Assembly: GCA_965208105.1 (NCBI GenBank)
Contig: OZ242318.1
Coordinates: 64,001-128,000 of the forward strand
DNA from: Candidatus Latescibacterota bacterium
GTDB taxonomy: Bacteria; Latescibacterota; UBA2968; UBA8231
DNA: 64,000 nucleotides
Reading direction: 5' to 3'
How positions within the stretch are numbered: the first letter of the stretch is position 1; each line of letters opens with the position of its first letter. Under the pieces are notes generated by a model, which worked only from the letters and a program-made list of their open reading frames with translations, ran no database searches and was not told the DNA's origin. Shown here one piece after another: positions 8,389 through 17,677 of this stretch. Position numbers and translations under genes: made by a program.

Positions 8389-10461
8389 ATGATTCCTGAA
8401 AAATTCACCAATCGCCTGATCGAGGAGACCAGTCCCTACCTGCGCCAGCACGCTCACAATCCGGTTGACTGGTATCCATGGGGAACGGAGGCAATTGAAC
8501 GTGCGCGGCGGGAAGATCGGCCCATACTGCTGTCAATCGGATATTCGGCCTGCCACTGGTGTCACGTCATGGAGCACGAATCATTCGAGGACGAGAAGAT
8601 TGCCGGGATCATGAACGAGCACTTCGTCAATATCAAGGTGGACAGGGAAGAAAGGCCCGACCTTGACGAGATCTACATGATGGCCGTGCAGAGTTTGACG
8701 GGCGGCGGCGGCTGGCCCATGACGGTATTCCTGGCTCCGGATTTACGGCCCTTCTACGGGGGCACTTACTTCCCGCCGGCCGACCGCCACGGGCAACCCG
8801 GATTTCCCAGGGTCCTGCTGGCCCTGGCGGGGCAATTCCGCGGCAGCCGAGACAGGATCGAGGAGGTAGCTGCCAACCTGACCGAGACCTTGAAGCGCCA
8901 GGCCGACCTGTTGGCCCCTCAGGGGCAGATCGGAGAAGAAATCCTGGAAGGTGCATTCGGCCATTTTCACCGCAGCTTCGACCTGACCCACGGCGGGATG
9001 GGGTCGGCGCCGAAGTTTCCAAATAGCATGGCCCTTTCCCTGCTGTTGCGCAGCTATCGCAGGAGCGGCAACAGAAACGCCCTGGAAATGGTCGAGTTGA
9101 CCTTGAAGAAGATGGCCAACGGGGGAATTTACGATCAGTTGGGAGGGGGATTCCATCGCTACTCGGTCGACCAGCGGTGGCTGGTGCCCCACTTTGAAAA
9201 GATGCTCTACGACAATGCGTTGCTCGTCTGGGTCTACTTGGAGGCCTTTCAGTTGACGGGTGACGGATTTTATCGGCGTGTGGTCGAGGAAGTACTTGGC
9301 TATGTCCTGCGTGAAATGTGCAGTGAAGGGGGCGGCTTTTTCTCCACCCAGGATGCAGACAGCGAAGGAGAGGAAGGCAAGTATTTCGTCTGGGAGCCCG
9401 AGGAGGTAGAGAAGATTCTCGGAGAGGAGGAAGCCCCGCTCTTCATGCGCTATTTCGATGTGACTGCGGAGGGCAACTTTGAACATGGCAAAAGCATCCT
9501 CCACGTGGACAATGAGATCACTGTACTTGCCCGCTTTCTCGATGTGGAAGAGGAAGAATTGAGCAGAGCCGTGGAGGAGGGGAAGAGTAAGCTCCTTGGC
9601 GCCCGCCGGCAGCGCGTGCCTCCGGCGCGGGATGACAAAATTTTGTTGGCCTGGAACGGCATGATGATCAGCGCCTTCGCCCGTGCATATCAGGTTCTGG
9701 GAGTGGATTCCTATCTCCAGGCGGGAGAGTCGGCGGCGAGGTTCGTTTTGGAAAATATGGTGGAAAATGGCTCGCTCCTGCATGTCTACAAGGACGGCCG
9801 GGCGCGCTTGCCGGCCTACCAGGACGATTATGCCTGTATTATCAATGGCCTCATCGATCTCTACGAAGCCAGTTTCGATTTGAGCTGGTTGCGGGCGGCA
9901 AAGGACTGGAACCAGGTGATGGTGGAAAGGTTCTGGGATCGGGAAAAGGGAGGATTTTTCTACACCGAAGAAGGGGCGGGCGATCTGATCGTGCGTACCA
10001 AAAACCCCCTGGACAATGCTACTCCCTCGGGTAATTCAATGGGAGTGCTGGCTTTGCTGCGCATCTCAGCTTTGACCGGCGATTCGAGGCTGAGGGAAAT
10101 GGCGGAGAGGACCTTGCTTTTGTATGGGAACTTGATGAGGCGTTCGCCTTCCTCCTGCGCCCAGATGCTGTGTGCTCTCGATTTCTACCAGGAGCCCGTG
10201 CACGAGGTCGCGGTAGTCGGTCCTCGCAGGGACTGGGCCCCTTTCCTGCACGCGTTGCATGCCCGCTTCCTTCCCAACAAGGTCCTGGTGGGAGGCGACC
10301 CGTCTGCGTGTCCGATGGATTTGGTGGACCATCTTCCTCTATTGAAAGGGAAGGTGGAAGCCGAGGCGGGGCAGGCAAGGGTCTACGTGTGCCGAAACTC
10401 CGTGTGCGACCAGCCTGTGACTACGGTCGAAGGTCTACTTGGCTTGCTGATGGTTGAATGA
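8389..10461 (+). CDS. Thioredoxin domain-containing protein, YyaL/SPATA20 (DUF255) family
   Basis: [42 protein letters not shown]. Confidence 0.95.
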   Translation: MIPEKFTNRLIEETSPYLRQHAHNPVDWYPWGTEAIERARREDRPILLSIGYSACHWCHVMEHESFEDEKIAGIMNEHFVNIKVDREERPDLDEIYMMAVQSLTGGGGWPMTVFLAPDLRPFYGGTYFPPADRHGQPGFPRVLLALAGQFRGSRDRIEEVAANLTETLKRQADLLAPQGQIGEEILEGAFGHFHRSFDLTHGGMGSAPKFPNSMALSLLLRSYRRSGNRNALEMVELTLKKMANGGIYDQLGGGFHRYSVDQRWLVPHFEKMLYDNALLVWVYLEAFQLTGDGFYRRVVEEVLGYVLREMCSEGGGFFSTQDADSEGEEGKYFVWEPEEVEKILGEEEAPLFMRYFDVTAEGNFEHGKSILHVDNEITVLARFLDVEEEELSRAVEEGKSKLLGARRQRVPPARDDKILLAWNGMMISAFARAYQVLGVDSYLQAGESAARFVLENMVENGSLLHVYKDGRARLPAYQDDYACIINGLIDLYEASFDLSWLRAAKDWNQVMVERFWDREKGGFFYTEEGAGDLIVRTKNPLDNATPSGNSMGVLALLRISALTGDSRLREMAERTLLLYGNLMRRSPSSCAQMLCALDFYQEPVHEVAVVGPRRDWAPFLHALHARFLPNKVLVGGDPSACPMDLVDHLPLLKGKVEAEAGQARVYVCRNSVCDQPVTTVEGLLGLLMVE

Positions 10462-10488
10462 AAAGGGATAAAGAGTCCGCTGAATAGC

Positions 10489-11448
10489 ATGGATATCTTG
10501 AAGACAGTAGATACGATATTGGATGCAGTCGGGAGTACGCCGCTGATCCGCCTGCAGCACCTCCTGCCCGGAAACGGCAGCGAAGTCTACGGCAAACTCG
10601 AGGCGAGCAATCCGGCCGGCAGCGTCAAGGATCGCATCGGCTCCAGCATGATCGCGGCCGCCGAGCGGGATGGCTCACTGCGCCAGGGGATGACCATTGT
10701 CGAGCCTACCAGCGGCAATACCGGAATTGCTTTGAGTATGGCCGCAGCCGCCAAGGGGTACAGGCTGATTTTGACCATGCCTGACAGCATGAGCGTGGAA
10801 CGCCGGGCGGTCATGTCCAGCTATGGCGCGGAAATCGTGTTGACACCAGGCGGGGAAGACATGCCGGGAGCCATTCGCAAGGCGGAAGAATTGAAGAGCC
10901 TGGATCCCGCCGGAGTATTCATGCCCCAGCAATTTCGCAACCCGGCCAATCCGCAGGTTCACCGCGAGACCACTGCCCGGGAAATTCTCGCTGAGATGGA
11001 CGGACAATTGGATGCGTTCGTGGCAGGGGTGGGGACCGGTGGCACGATCAGCGGGGTTGGCAGCGTACTCAAATCGGAATTGCCGTCTGTTCACATCGCG
11101 GCAGTGGAGCCAGCGCGTTCGGCGGTGCTCTCGGGGGGCAAGCCCGGTCTGCACGGGATCCAGGGAATCGGCGCCGGATTTGTTCCAGAAGTGCTGCAGC
11201 GCCACCTCATCGATTCGGTTATTGCCGTGGAGGACGAGGTAGCATTCCAATATACCAGGCGGTTGGCGCGCGAGGAGGGAGTACTGGTTGGGCCTTCCTC
11301 GGGCGCGAATGTGGCTGCCGCATTACAATTGGCCGAAGAACTGGGCCCCGGGAAGCGCCTGGTCACGATTTTTTGCGATACTGGTTTCAGGTATTTCAGC
11401 GTCGAAGGATTCACTTGCGGTCTCACGCGGGGTTGCATTGACACCTAG
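10489..11448 (+). CDS. cysK: Cysteine synthase A
   Basis: PLP-lysine motif NPAGSVKDR, EPTSGNTG, GVGTGGT. Confidence 0.93.
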   Translation: MDILKTVDTILDAVGSTPLIRLQHLLPGNGSEVYGKLEASNPAGSVKDRIGSSMIAAAERDGSLRQGMTIVEPTSGNTGIALSMAAAAKGYRLILTMPDSMSVERRAVMSSYGAEIVLTPGGEDMPGAIRKAEELKSLDPAGVFMPQQFRNPANPQVHRETTAREILAEMDGQLDAFVAGVGTGGTISGVGSVLKSELPSVHIAAVEPARSAVLSGGKPGLHGIQGIGAGFVPEVLQRHLIDSVIAVEDEVAFQYTRRLAREEGVLVGPSSGANVAAALQLAEELGPGKRLVTIFCDTGFRYFSVEGFTCGLTRGCIDT

Positions 11449-11491
11449 GATGGCGTTAAGTATATTCATGGAAATATCTTACCATGAATAT
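11438..11491 (+). promoter_or_regulatory. Sigma70 promoter with an overlapping palindromic operator upstream of the MerR-family gene
   Basis: TTGACA (11438-43), 17 bp spacer, TATATT (11461-66). Inverted repeat ATATTCATGG-N10-CCATGAATAT at 11462-11491. Confidence 0.7.
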
Positions 11492-11521
11492 CCACCTGCA
11501 GAAAATCCCGGTTGATCTCCC

Positions 11522-11986
11522 ATGATGCAGATAGGGGATCTGGCTGCAAAAGCTGGTATAACTACCCGTACTATCAGGTATTACGAGGAGCTGGGAATAA
11601 TTGAGCCGGAAAAGCGTTCCCACGGCGGATTCCGACTCTACTCGGAAAACCAGCTGAGGCGCCTCAACATCGTTCAGAACCTCAAGGCGCTGGGGTTTGA
11701 GCTGGAGCGCGCGCGCGAGCTTTTCAACTTGAAGAACTCGTGCGGGACCGGCCGGGAAATTGCCAATGCCATGATCGAGTTGCTCAGCGAGCAGCAAGAG
11801 GAGATTGACAAGAAAATTGGCTCCTACCTGGAAATGAAGGAGCGAAACGCTCAAGCTATCGACATCCTCAAGGGCTGTTTGTTCTGTTCCATAAAGGTTT
11901 TCGAACGCGATTGCCGCAATTGCTCGGTTTATCGTCGGCATGCGGCAGTGCCGGATATCGTTGAATGTTCCGTCTACGAGGTCTGA
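11522..11986 (+). CDS. MerR-family transcriptional regulator with a Cys-rich C-terminus
   Basis: MerR HTH IGDLAAKAGITTRTIRYYEELGII...GGFRLY. C-terminal CLFC-x8-CRNC...C. Confidence 0.9.
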   Translation: MMQIGDLAAKAGITTRTIRYYEELGIIEPEKRSHGGFRLYSENQLRRLNIVQNLKALGFELERARELFNLKNSCGTGREIANAMIELLSEQQEEIDKKIGSYLEMKERNAQAIDILKGCLFCSIKVFERDCRNCSVYRRHAAVPDIVECSVYEV

Positions 11987-12187
11987 GGGTCCAGTCAATA
12001 GTCCCTTGCGGGCATAGAGGACCCGGAATTGTTGCGGGGCGTCCGACTGCCTCGTTCGTTGCTTCGTAACGCATCGTTCCCCCTTCCCTCTGGCGCTTTG
12101 GCCCTGGCGGTCTTCTCATACATGACAACGAAGCGAATTTCAACTGGATGATGTGATATTGAATTGTCGTTTTATGCAGGAGGTCTC

Positions 12188-12511
12188 ATGATAACTGTCA
12201 CGAATGCGGCGGCAGAGAAGATCAGAACCTTGCTGGGAGAGCAGGGCCACCCTCACTACGGTTTACGGGTTGCAGTCAAGGGGGGAGGTTGTTCGGGGTT
12301 CCAGTATAATTTGGAATTCGAAGAAACCGCAGAGGAGATGGACCAGGTTGTCGAGTCCAACGGGGTCAAGGTATTCATTGATATCAAGAGTTGCCTCTAC
12401 CTGAACGGCGTTACACTTGATTTTGACGATGGCCTGATGGGTGCGGGATTCAAGGTCGAAAATCCCAATGCGCGCACGACCTGCGGTTGCGGAGAGTCCT
12501 TCGGCGTCTAG
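12188..12511 (+). CDS. iscA: A-type Fe-S cluster carrier (IscA/ErpA/HesB family)
   Basis: GGGCSGFQY and TCGCGESF. ATG 12188 follows a GGAGG ribosome-binding site. Confidence 0.93.
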   Translation: MITVTNAAAEKIRTLLGEQGHPHYGLRVAVKGGGCSGFQYNLEFEETAEEMDQVVESNGVKVFIDIKSCLYLNGVTLDFDDGLMGAGFKVENPNARTTCGCGESFGV

Positions 12512-12521
12512 CCTCCGAGCA

Positions 12522-13745
12522 ATGGTGCAGACACCAATCTACCTCGACAATTTGGCAAGCACACGCGTCGACCCCCGGGTCCTGGATGCCATGCTTCCAT
12601 ATTTCACCGAACATTTCGGGAATGCGGCGAGCAAGACCCACTCATTCGGCTGGAGTGCTGCCCGGGCGGTGGAACAGGGGCGGTCCGAGGTTGCGTCCCT
12701 GATCGGTGCGTCCTCTGCCAGAGAGATCGTCTTCACCAGCGGAGCAACGGAGGCCATCAATCTGGCTATCAAGGGGGTTGCGGCTGCTTACCATGACCGG
12801 GGCAATCACATAATCACGAGTGCTATCGAGCACAGGGCGGTCCTGGACTGCTGCCGCGGTTTGCAACGCCAAGGTTACGAGATCACCTTTCTTCCGGTCA
12901 ATCGCCATGGTTTGGTCGACCTGGAGCAGTTGCGGAAGGCAATCACACCCCGTACTATCCTGATCTCGATCATGGCGGCCAACAACGAGATCGGCACCGT
13001 TCAGCCGCTGGCTGAGATCGGGGACCTGGCAAAGGAAAGGGGAATCCTGTGGCATTGCGATGCCGCCCAGGCGGTCGGCAAGATCGGGATTGACGTCGGG
13101 GAATTAGGCGTGGACTTGTTATCCGTTTCGGGGCACAAGATTTACGGTCCCAAGGGGATTGGGGTTTTGTATCTGCGCGGACGCCGGCCCAGGGTGAGGC
13201 TCCGGCCACAGATGGAGGGAGGAGGGCAGGAGCGCGGGCTGCGCTCGGGGACGCAGAATGTGCCGGGAATTGTCGGGCTGGGGATGGCATGCAGGTTGTC
13301 TCGGGATCATCTGGAATGCGAGGGGCAGCGGCTCGGTTCGCTGCGCGAGCGTCTCCACCATGGACTCGTTTCCCGCCTCGAAGGGGTCCAGCTCAACGGG
13401 CATCCTCATCAGCGGATTCCTGGATGCTTGAACCTCAGTTTCGACCGGGTCGACGGTGCCGCCCTGGTGACCGCCCTGGGCGATATAGCTGTATCATCGG
13501 GAGCTGCCTGCACTTCGGGGTCTACCAATCCCTCCCACGTGCTCCAGGCAATCGGGCTGGATGACCAATCGGCCTATGCTTCATTGCGCATGGGGGTGGG
13601 CCGCTTCAATTCGGAAGATGAAATCGATTATGTGATCGAGCGCGTCGCAGCTGAAGTGAACCGCTTGCGCGGTCCGGCCACCGCCGAGGTGGCCGATGGA
13701 GAGAGGAAGGGATCGCTGGTCCCCGAGGAGTTGTCCCTGAAATAG
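12522..13745 (+). CDS. iscS: Cysteine desulfurase
   Basis: IYLDNLAST, FTSGATEA, SGHKIYGPKGIG, SSGAACTS. Confidence 0.92.
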   Translation: MVQTPIYLDNLASTRVDPRVLDAMLPYFTEHFGNAASKTHSFGWSAARAVEQGRSEVASLIGASSAREIVFTSGATEAINLAIKGVAAAYHDRGNHIITSAIEHRAVLDCCRGLQRQGYEITFLPVNRHGLVDLEQLRKAITPRTILISIMAANNEIGTVQPLAEIGDLAKERGILWHCDAAQAVGKIGIDVGELGVDLLSVSGHKIYGPKGIGVLYLRGRRPRVRLRPQMEGGGQERGLRSGTQNVPGIVGLGMACRLSRDHLECEGQRLGSLRERLHHGLVSRLEGVQLNGHPHQRIPGCLNLSFDRVDGAALVTALGDIAVSSGAACTSGSTNPSHVLQAIGLDDQSAYASLRMGVGRFNSEDEIDYVIERVAAEVNRLRGPATAEVADGERKGSLVPEELSLK

Positions 13746-13768
13746 CATGGTAAATTGGGGAGGATCTT

Positions 13769-14962
13769 ATGAGCTTGACTTCGAGCCAATTACTCAAAAA
13801 AGTAAAAGAGGAAATTTCAGAGGTTAGCGCGGAAAAGGTCCGCAAGGACCTTGAGGATGGGGATGGGATCCATTTGGTAGATGTGCGCGAGCGCGAGGAG
13901 GTGATGGATGGGTATATCCCGGGTGCCAAGCTTATCCCCCGTGGATTTTTGGAGTTGAGCGTTGAAGAGGACGTGAGCACGGACCGCGGGAGCCCGATCG
14001 TGCTTTACTGTGCCGGAGGAAGCCGCTCCGCATTTGCTGCCCGAGACCTGGGAATGATGGGGTACACCAATGTCAGCTCAATGATTGGGGGAATCAAGGG
14101 TTGGAAGGATGCAGGCTATCCCATCGAGCTGGGTGGTTTGCTCTCCGATGAAGACCTGAGGCGATACGCGCGCCATCTCACCCTTCCGGAAGTAGGGGAG
14201 ACGGGGCAGCAGAAATTGCTCAAGGGAAAGGTTTTGTTGGTTGGTGCGGGAGGCCTGGGTTGTCCGGGTGCGCTTTATCTTGCTGCCGCGGGAGTGGGCA
14301 CAATCGGGCTGGTAGATGCCGATGTAGTCGACAAGAGCAACCTGCAGCGCCAGGTCCTTTTTGGAGAGATGGACGTGGGACGGCCCAAGGTGGAAGCGGC
14401 CAAGGATCGCCTGGAGGATTTGAATCCGGGAATCACCATCCAACCTCACTATGAACTGCTTTCTTCCCACAACGCCATGGAGATTGTCGCGGGCTACGAT
14501 GTGATCGTCAATGGTTGCGACAATTTTCCTACGCGCTACCTGATCAATGACGCTGCGGTACTGACGGGCAAGCCGGTGGTGGACGGCAGCATCTTCCGCT
14601 TCGAGGGCCAGGCGACGGTCTACATGCCGGGCGAGGGCCCTTGTTACCGCTGTCTCTATCCAGAACCTCCGCCCCCGGGAGAGGTCCCCAGCTGTGCTGA
14701 AGGAGGCGTGCTCGGAGTCTTGCCGGGTATTATAGGGTTGATTCAGGCTACCGAGGTCATCAAGCTGATCTTGGGGGAAGGCGATCCCCTGGTCGGGCGC
14801 CTGCTGCTCTACGATGCCCTGGATATGAGGTTTCGGATTCTCAAGCAGCGCCGCAACGCGGAATGTCCGGTATGCGGAGACAATCCTTCCGTGACCGAGC
14901 TGATTGACTACGAGCAGTTCTGCGGTATGCCTCCGACCCCCCAAAGCGAAGCAGCGGGTTGA
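13769..14962 (+). CDS. moeB: MoeB/MoeZ-type sulfur-carrier adenylyltransferase with an N-terminal rhodanese domain
   Basis: Rhodanese motif YCAGGSRS. ThiF motifs GAGGLG, SNLQRQ, CYRC, PSCAEGGVLG, CPVC. Confidence 0.9.
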   Translation: MSLTSSQLLKKVKEEISEVSAEKVRKDLEDGDGIHLVDVREREEVMDGYIPGAKLIPRGFLELSVEEDVSTDRGSPIVLYCAGGSRSAFAARDLGMMGYTNVSSMIGGIKGWKDAGYPIELGGLLSDEDLRRYARHLTLPEVGETGQQKLLKGKVLLVGAGGLGCPGALYLAAAGVGTIGLVDADVVDKSNLQRQVLFGEMDVGRPKVEAAKDRLEDLNPGITIQPHYELLSSHNAMEIVAGYDVIVNGCDNFPTRYLINDAAVLTGKPVVDGSIFRFEGQATVYMPGEGPCYRCLYPEPPPPGEVPSCAEGGVLGVLPGIIGLIQATEVIKLILGEGDPLVGRLLLYDALDMRFRILKQRRNAECPVCGDNPSVTELIDYEQFCGMPPTPQSEAAG

Positions 14963-15050
14963 TTCCATGCCACCATCTCCTGGATAATATCAATGGGGGT
15001 CCGTTCAGCGTCCTTTATTTTATTGGAGACAGGAGGGGGAGGCCCGGAGC

Positions 15051-15638
15051 GTGAGCGAGCTCATACTGGACCTGGACGAGGTCGATGAGAATGATCCCAT
15101 CCTGGACTGGGAGGGGGTTTTCGGCAATGTTCATCCAGTGGAAATCGAGATCGGTTCAGGCAAGGGTCGATTTCTGATCGAGTCTGCTCAACGGCATCCG
15201 AAGGTGAATTATGTCGGGGTCGAATGGGCGAGGAAGTATCTCCGCATAGCCCACGAGAGAAGTCTGAAACGCGAGCTCAGAAACGTTCGCCTGGTCCGCG
15301 CCGAGGCAAGAGAGTTCATCGAGTTTTTCGTGCCGAGTGAGTCCACTCAAGCCTTTCACGTCTACTTTCCCGATCCCTGGCCAAAAAAGAGGCATCACAA
15401 ACGCAGGCTTTTCAACCCGAGGTTTCTCAGGGAGGTCGAGCGAACTTTGGTCCCAGGGGGGTGGCTGTGGTTGGCAACCGACTTCCAAGGATACTTCGAA
15501 GCAATATCAGAGTTGCTTGCCGGTAGTGATTGCCTCCACGAGACCTGCACAGAGTGGGAAGGGACAAAAACCAACTACGAGGAGAAATACCTCGCTCAGG
15601 GCAGGAAAATATATCGCAGGACGATGAAAAAAGCATAA
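15051..15638 (+). CDS. trmB: tRNA (guanine-N7)-methyltransferase
   Basis: EIGSGKGRF and FPDPWPKKRHHKRR. Confidence 0.93.
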   Translation: MSELILDLDEVDENDPILDWEGVFGNVHPVEIEIGSGKGRFLIESAQRHPKVNYVGVEWARKYLRIAHERSLKRELRNVRLVRAEAREFIEFFVPSESTQAFHVYFPDPWPKKRHHKRRLFNPRFLREVERTLVPGGWLWLATDFQGYFEAISELLAGSDCLHETCTEWEGTKTNYEEKYLAQGRKIYRRTMKKA

Positions 15639-15773
15639 GGGCATGGCATTATATGCCAATATCTACGGAGATTCGGTGGCTTCGGCCACAAAATATGGGT
15701 TGATGAGGATTTTGCCTTCCCACCAAATTTCCCTCCCCCCGCAGAGCCCTGTCCGATCCCCTTAAAATTGTGC

Positions 15774-15840
15774 TTGACATACCTTTTTGGCCAGACTATA
15801 CTATGCACTGGTGGTGGAAAATGGTGGAAAATGGTGGAAT
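15774..15840 (+). promoter_or_regulatory. dcw (mraZ) promoter and three MraZ-binding repeats
   Basis: TTGACA (15774-79), 17 bp spacer, TATACT (15797-802). Repeats with a 10-bp period, (g/a)TGGTGGAAA x3, at 15811-15840 match the known MraZ box arrangement. Confidence 0.85.
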
Positions 15841-15864
15841 TGAGAAGCTGAGGGGAGTTTGGCC

Positions 15865-16305
15865 ATGGCCCAGTTCCTGGGTGAGTACCCTGTTCCGGTT
15901 GACGACAAGGGACGCATTTTCGTGCCGGCCGAGATTCGCAGGAAGCTGCCGCCTGAGGCCACAGAGACCTTCGTAGTGGTCCGGGGTTTCGATCACTGCC
16001 TTACCGCCTACCCTCAGAACGTGTGGGAAGAGACCGCGCGCAAGATACTGGAATTGCCGCAGACGGAGCGCAGGGTGAGGGTACTGATCCGTGGCATGCT
16101 CTCCCAGGCTGCCGAAGTCAGGTTGGACCGGCAAGGGAGGGCGAGCATACCCCAGAAGTTGCTGGAGCGAGCCGGCATCGGGGACCAGATGGTCGTCATA
16201 GGGGCATTGAACAAGCTGGAATTCTGGAATCCGGATGATTGGGCACAGTTTATGCAGGAAGCTGACCCAGCTCTGGAAGGGGTCGCCGAAAGCCTGAACA
16301 TTTAG
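15865..16305 (+). CDS. mraZ: Division/cell wall cluster transcriptional repressor MraZ
   Basis: Two DxxGR motifs (VDDKGR, LDRQGR); first gene of the dcw cluster. Confidence 0.93.
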   Translation: MAQFLGEYPVPVDDKGRIFVPAEIRRKLPPEATETFVVVRGFDHCLTAYPQNVWEETARKILELPQTERRVRVLIRGMLSQAAEVRLDRQGRASIPQKLLERAGIGDQMVVIGALNKLEFWNPDDWAQFMQEADPALEGVAESLNI

Positions 16306-16329
16306 CCCGACGGCACATGGGCTGAAAGT

Positions 16330-17250
16330 ATGCAATTTCACAGGCCTGTCATGGTGAGGGAAGTGGTGGCGGGATTGGTTGCAAGCCAGGGCGGCACCTA
16401 TCTCGACGCAACGGTTGGTGGAGGGGGACACAGCGAGGCCATTCTGGAAGCTCTGGGAGCCGGGGGGTACCTGGTCGCCCTCGACCGCGACGGAGAGGCC
16501 GTGGCAAGGGCGCGCCGGAGCCTGGATGAATTTTCCGACCGCGCCGTGATCATACGAGGAAGTTTTGGCGAATTGGAATGCTTGCTGAAAAAGCGGAGGA
16601 TTAGCGAGTTGCAAGGAGCCCTGTTCGACTTGGGAGTGTCCTCACATCAAATTGACGCGCCGGGACGCGGATTCAGCTACCGACAAAACGGCCCCTTGGA
16701 TATGCGGATGGATATCCGTCAGGAAATATCCGCGTCCACCTTGATCGCGCGTTCTTCAGAGGCGGAAATTACCCGAATAATCAAGGAGTACGGCGAGGAG
16801 CGCAAAGCCCGGCCGATCGCCCGATCGATTTGCCGCGGCAGAGGGAGCAGGGGAATGGAAACCACGTTGGAGTTGAGGGAAGCCGTAGAAGCCGCTCGCC
16901 CGCATAACCCCATCAAGACTCTCTCCCGCGTGTTTCAGGCATTTCGCATAGCGGTCAACGATGAATTGGGACAGCTGGAAAAAGGCGTCGATACGGCTGT
17001 TGCTATGTTGGCCTCGGGAGGGCGATTGGCCGTTATCGCCTATCACTCCCTTGAGGACCGGATGGTCAAGACCAAACTCAACAGGCTCGTGCGCGGATGT
17101 ATATGTCCCCGTGATATCCCACAATGCGTCTGTGGAAAGATGCCGACCTTCAGGAAGGTCGGCGGGAAGGTGCTGAGGCCCGGGACCGATGAGATTGCAG
17201 TGAATCAGCGGGCGCGCAGCGCGCGGCTGCGAATTTATGAAAAACTCTAG
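16330..17250 (+). CDS. rsmH: 16S rRNA m4C1402 methyltransferase
   Basis: HRPVM, DATVGGGGHS, DLGVSSHQID, YHSLEDR, RARSARLR. Confidence 0.96.
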   Translation: MQFHRPVMVREVVAGLVASQGGTYLDATVGGGGHSEAILEALGAGGYLVALDRDGEAVARARRSLDEFSDRAVIIRGSFGELECLLKKRRISELQGALFDLGVSSHQIDAPGRGFSYRQNGPLDMRMDIRQEISASTLIARSSEAEITRIIKEYGEERKARPIARSICRGRGSRGMETTLELREAVEAARPHNPIKTLSRVFQAFRIAVNDELGQLEKGVDTAVAMLASGGRLAVIAYHSLEDRMVKTKLNRLVRGCICPRDIPQCVCGKMPTFRKVGGKVLRPGTDEIAVNQRARSARLRIYEKL

Positions 17251-17359
17251 CGTCCCTTTGCAAAGCCATGTTGCCATTTTTCTCCATAGTCGCCCGATTC
17301 CGTCAACCTCTTTCTGCGGCTGAACACAAGGGCACCCACGAAAACGGTGATGCGATCAA

Positions 17360-17677
17360 ATGAACGGCGGAGTTTCACATCGGTCGAGCGTCCCCATGCG
17401 AGCCTGGATCTGCATGTTGGTCGCTCTCGTTGTGCTCACAACCCTGTATGTCTGGAAGAAGGTCGAGCTGATGAGAGTGTCCGGACAGGTGAATGCCTTG
17501 AAGGTCCAGGCGGAGGATCTGCGCGAGGAGCAATCCAGACTGACGGCCACGCTCGATCTCAAGAAACGGCCGGGCGCTATTGTGGATGCGGCCCAGGAGA
17601 AGCTGGGGATGATATATCATCCAGGTAACGCGCCTGAGTTGATTGTAGGGACCGCAGCGAGGGAGGTCCAAAGGTGA
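17360..17677 (+). CDS. ftsL: Cell division protein FtsL
   Basis: One TM helix, then a coiled coil and AQEKLGM; lies between rsmH and ftsI. Confidence 0.8.
   Translation: MNGGVSHRSSVPMRAWICMLVALVVLTTLYVWKKVELMRVSGQVNALKVQAEDLREEQSRLTATLDLKKRPGAIVDAAQEKLGMIYHPGNAPELIVGTAAREVQR

Noticed and set aside
11990-12180. Possible riboswitch or ncRNA between merR and iscA
   Set aside because: Only short complementary segments (GCTTCGT/ACGAAGC); I could not recognise SAM or other riboswitch consensus elements. An Rfam scan would settle it.
15644-15658. Palindrome TGGCAT-TAT-ATGCCA after trmB as a sigma54 promoter
   Set aside because: GG-to-GC spacing is 8 rather than 10, and a 6-bp palindrome alone is weak evidence.
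15811-15840. Short tandem repeat TGGTGGAAAA x3 as a CRISPR or VNTR
   Set aside because: There are no spacers; period and position match known MraZ operator boxes.
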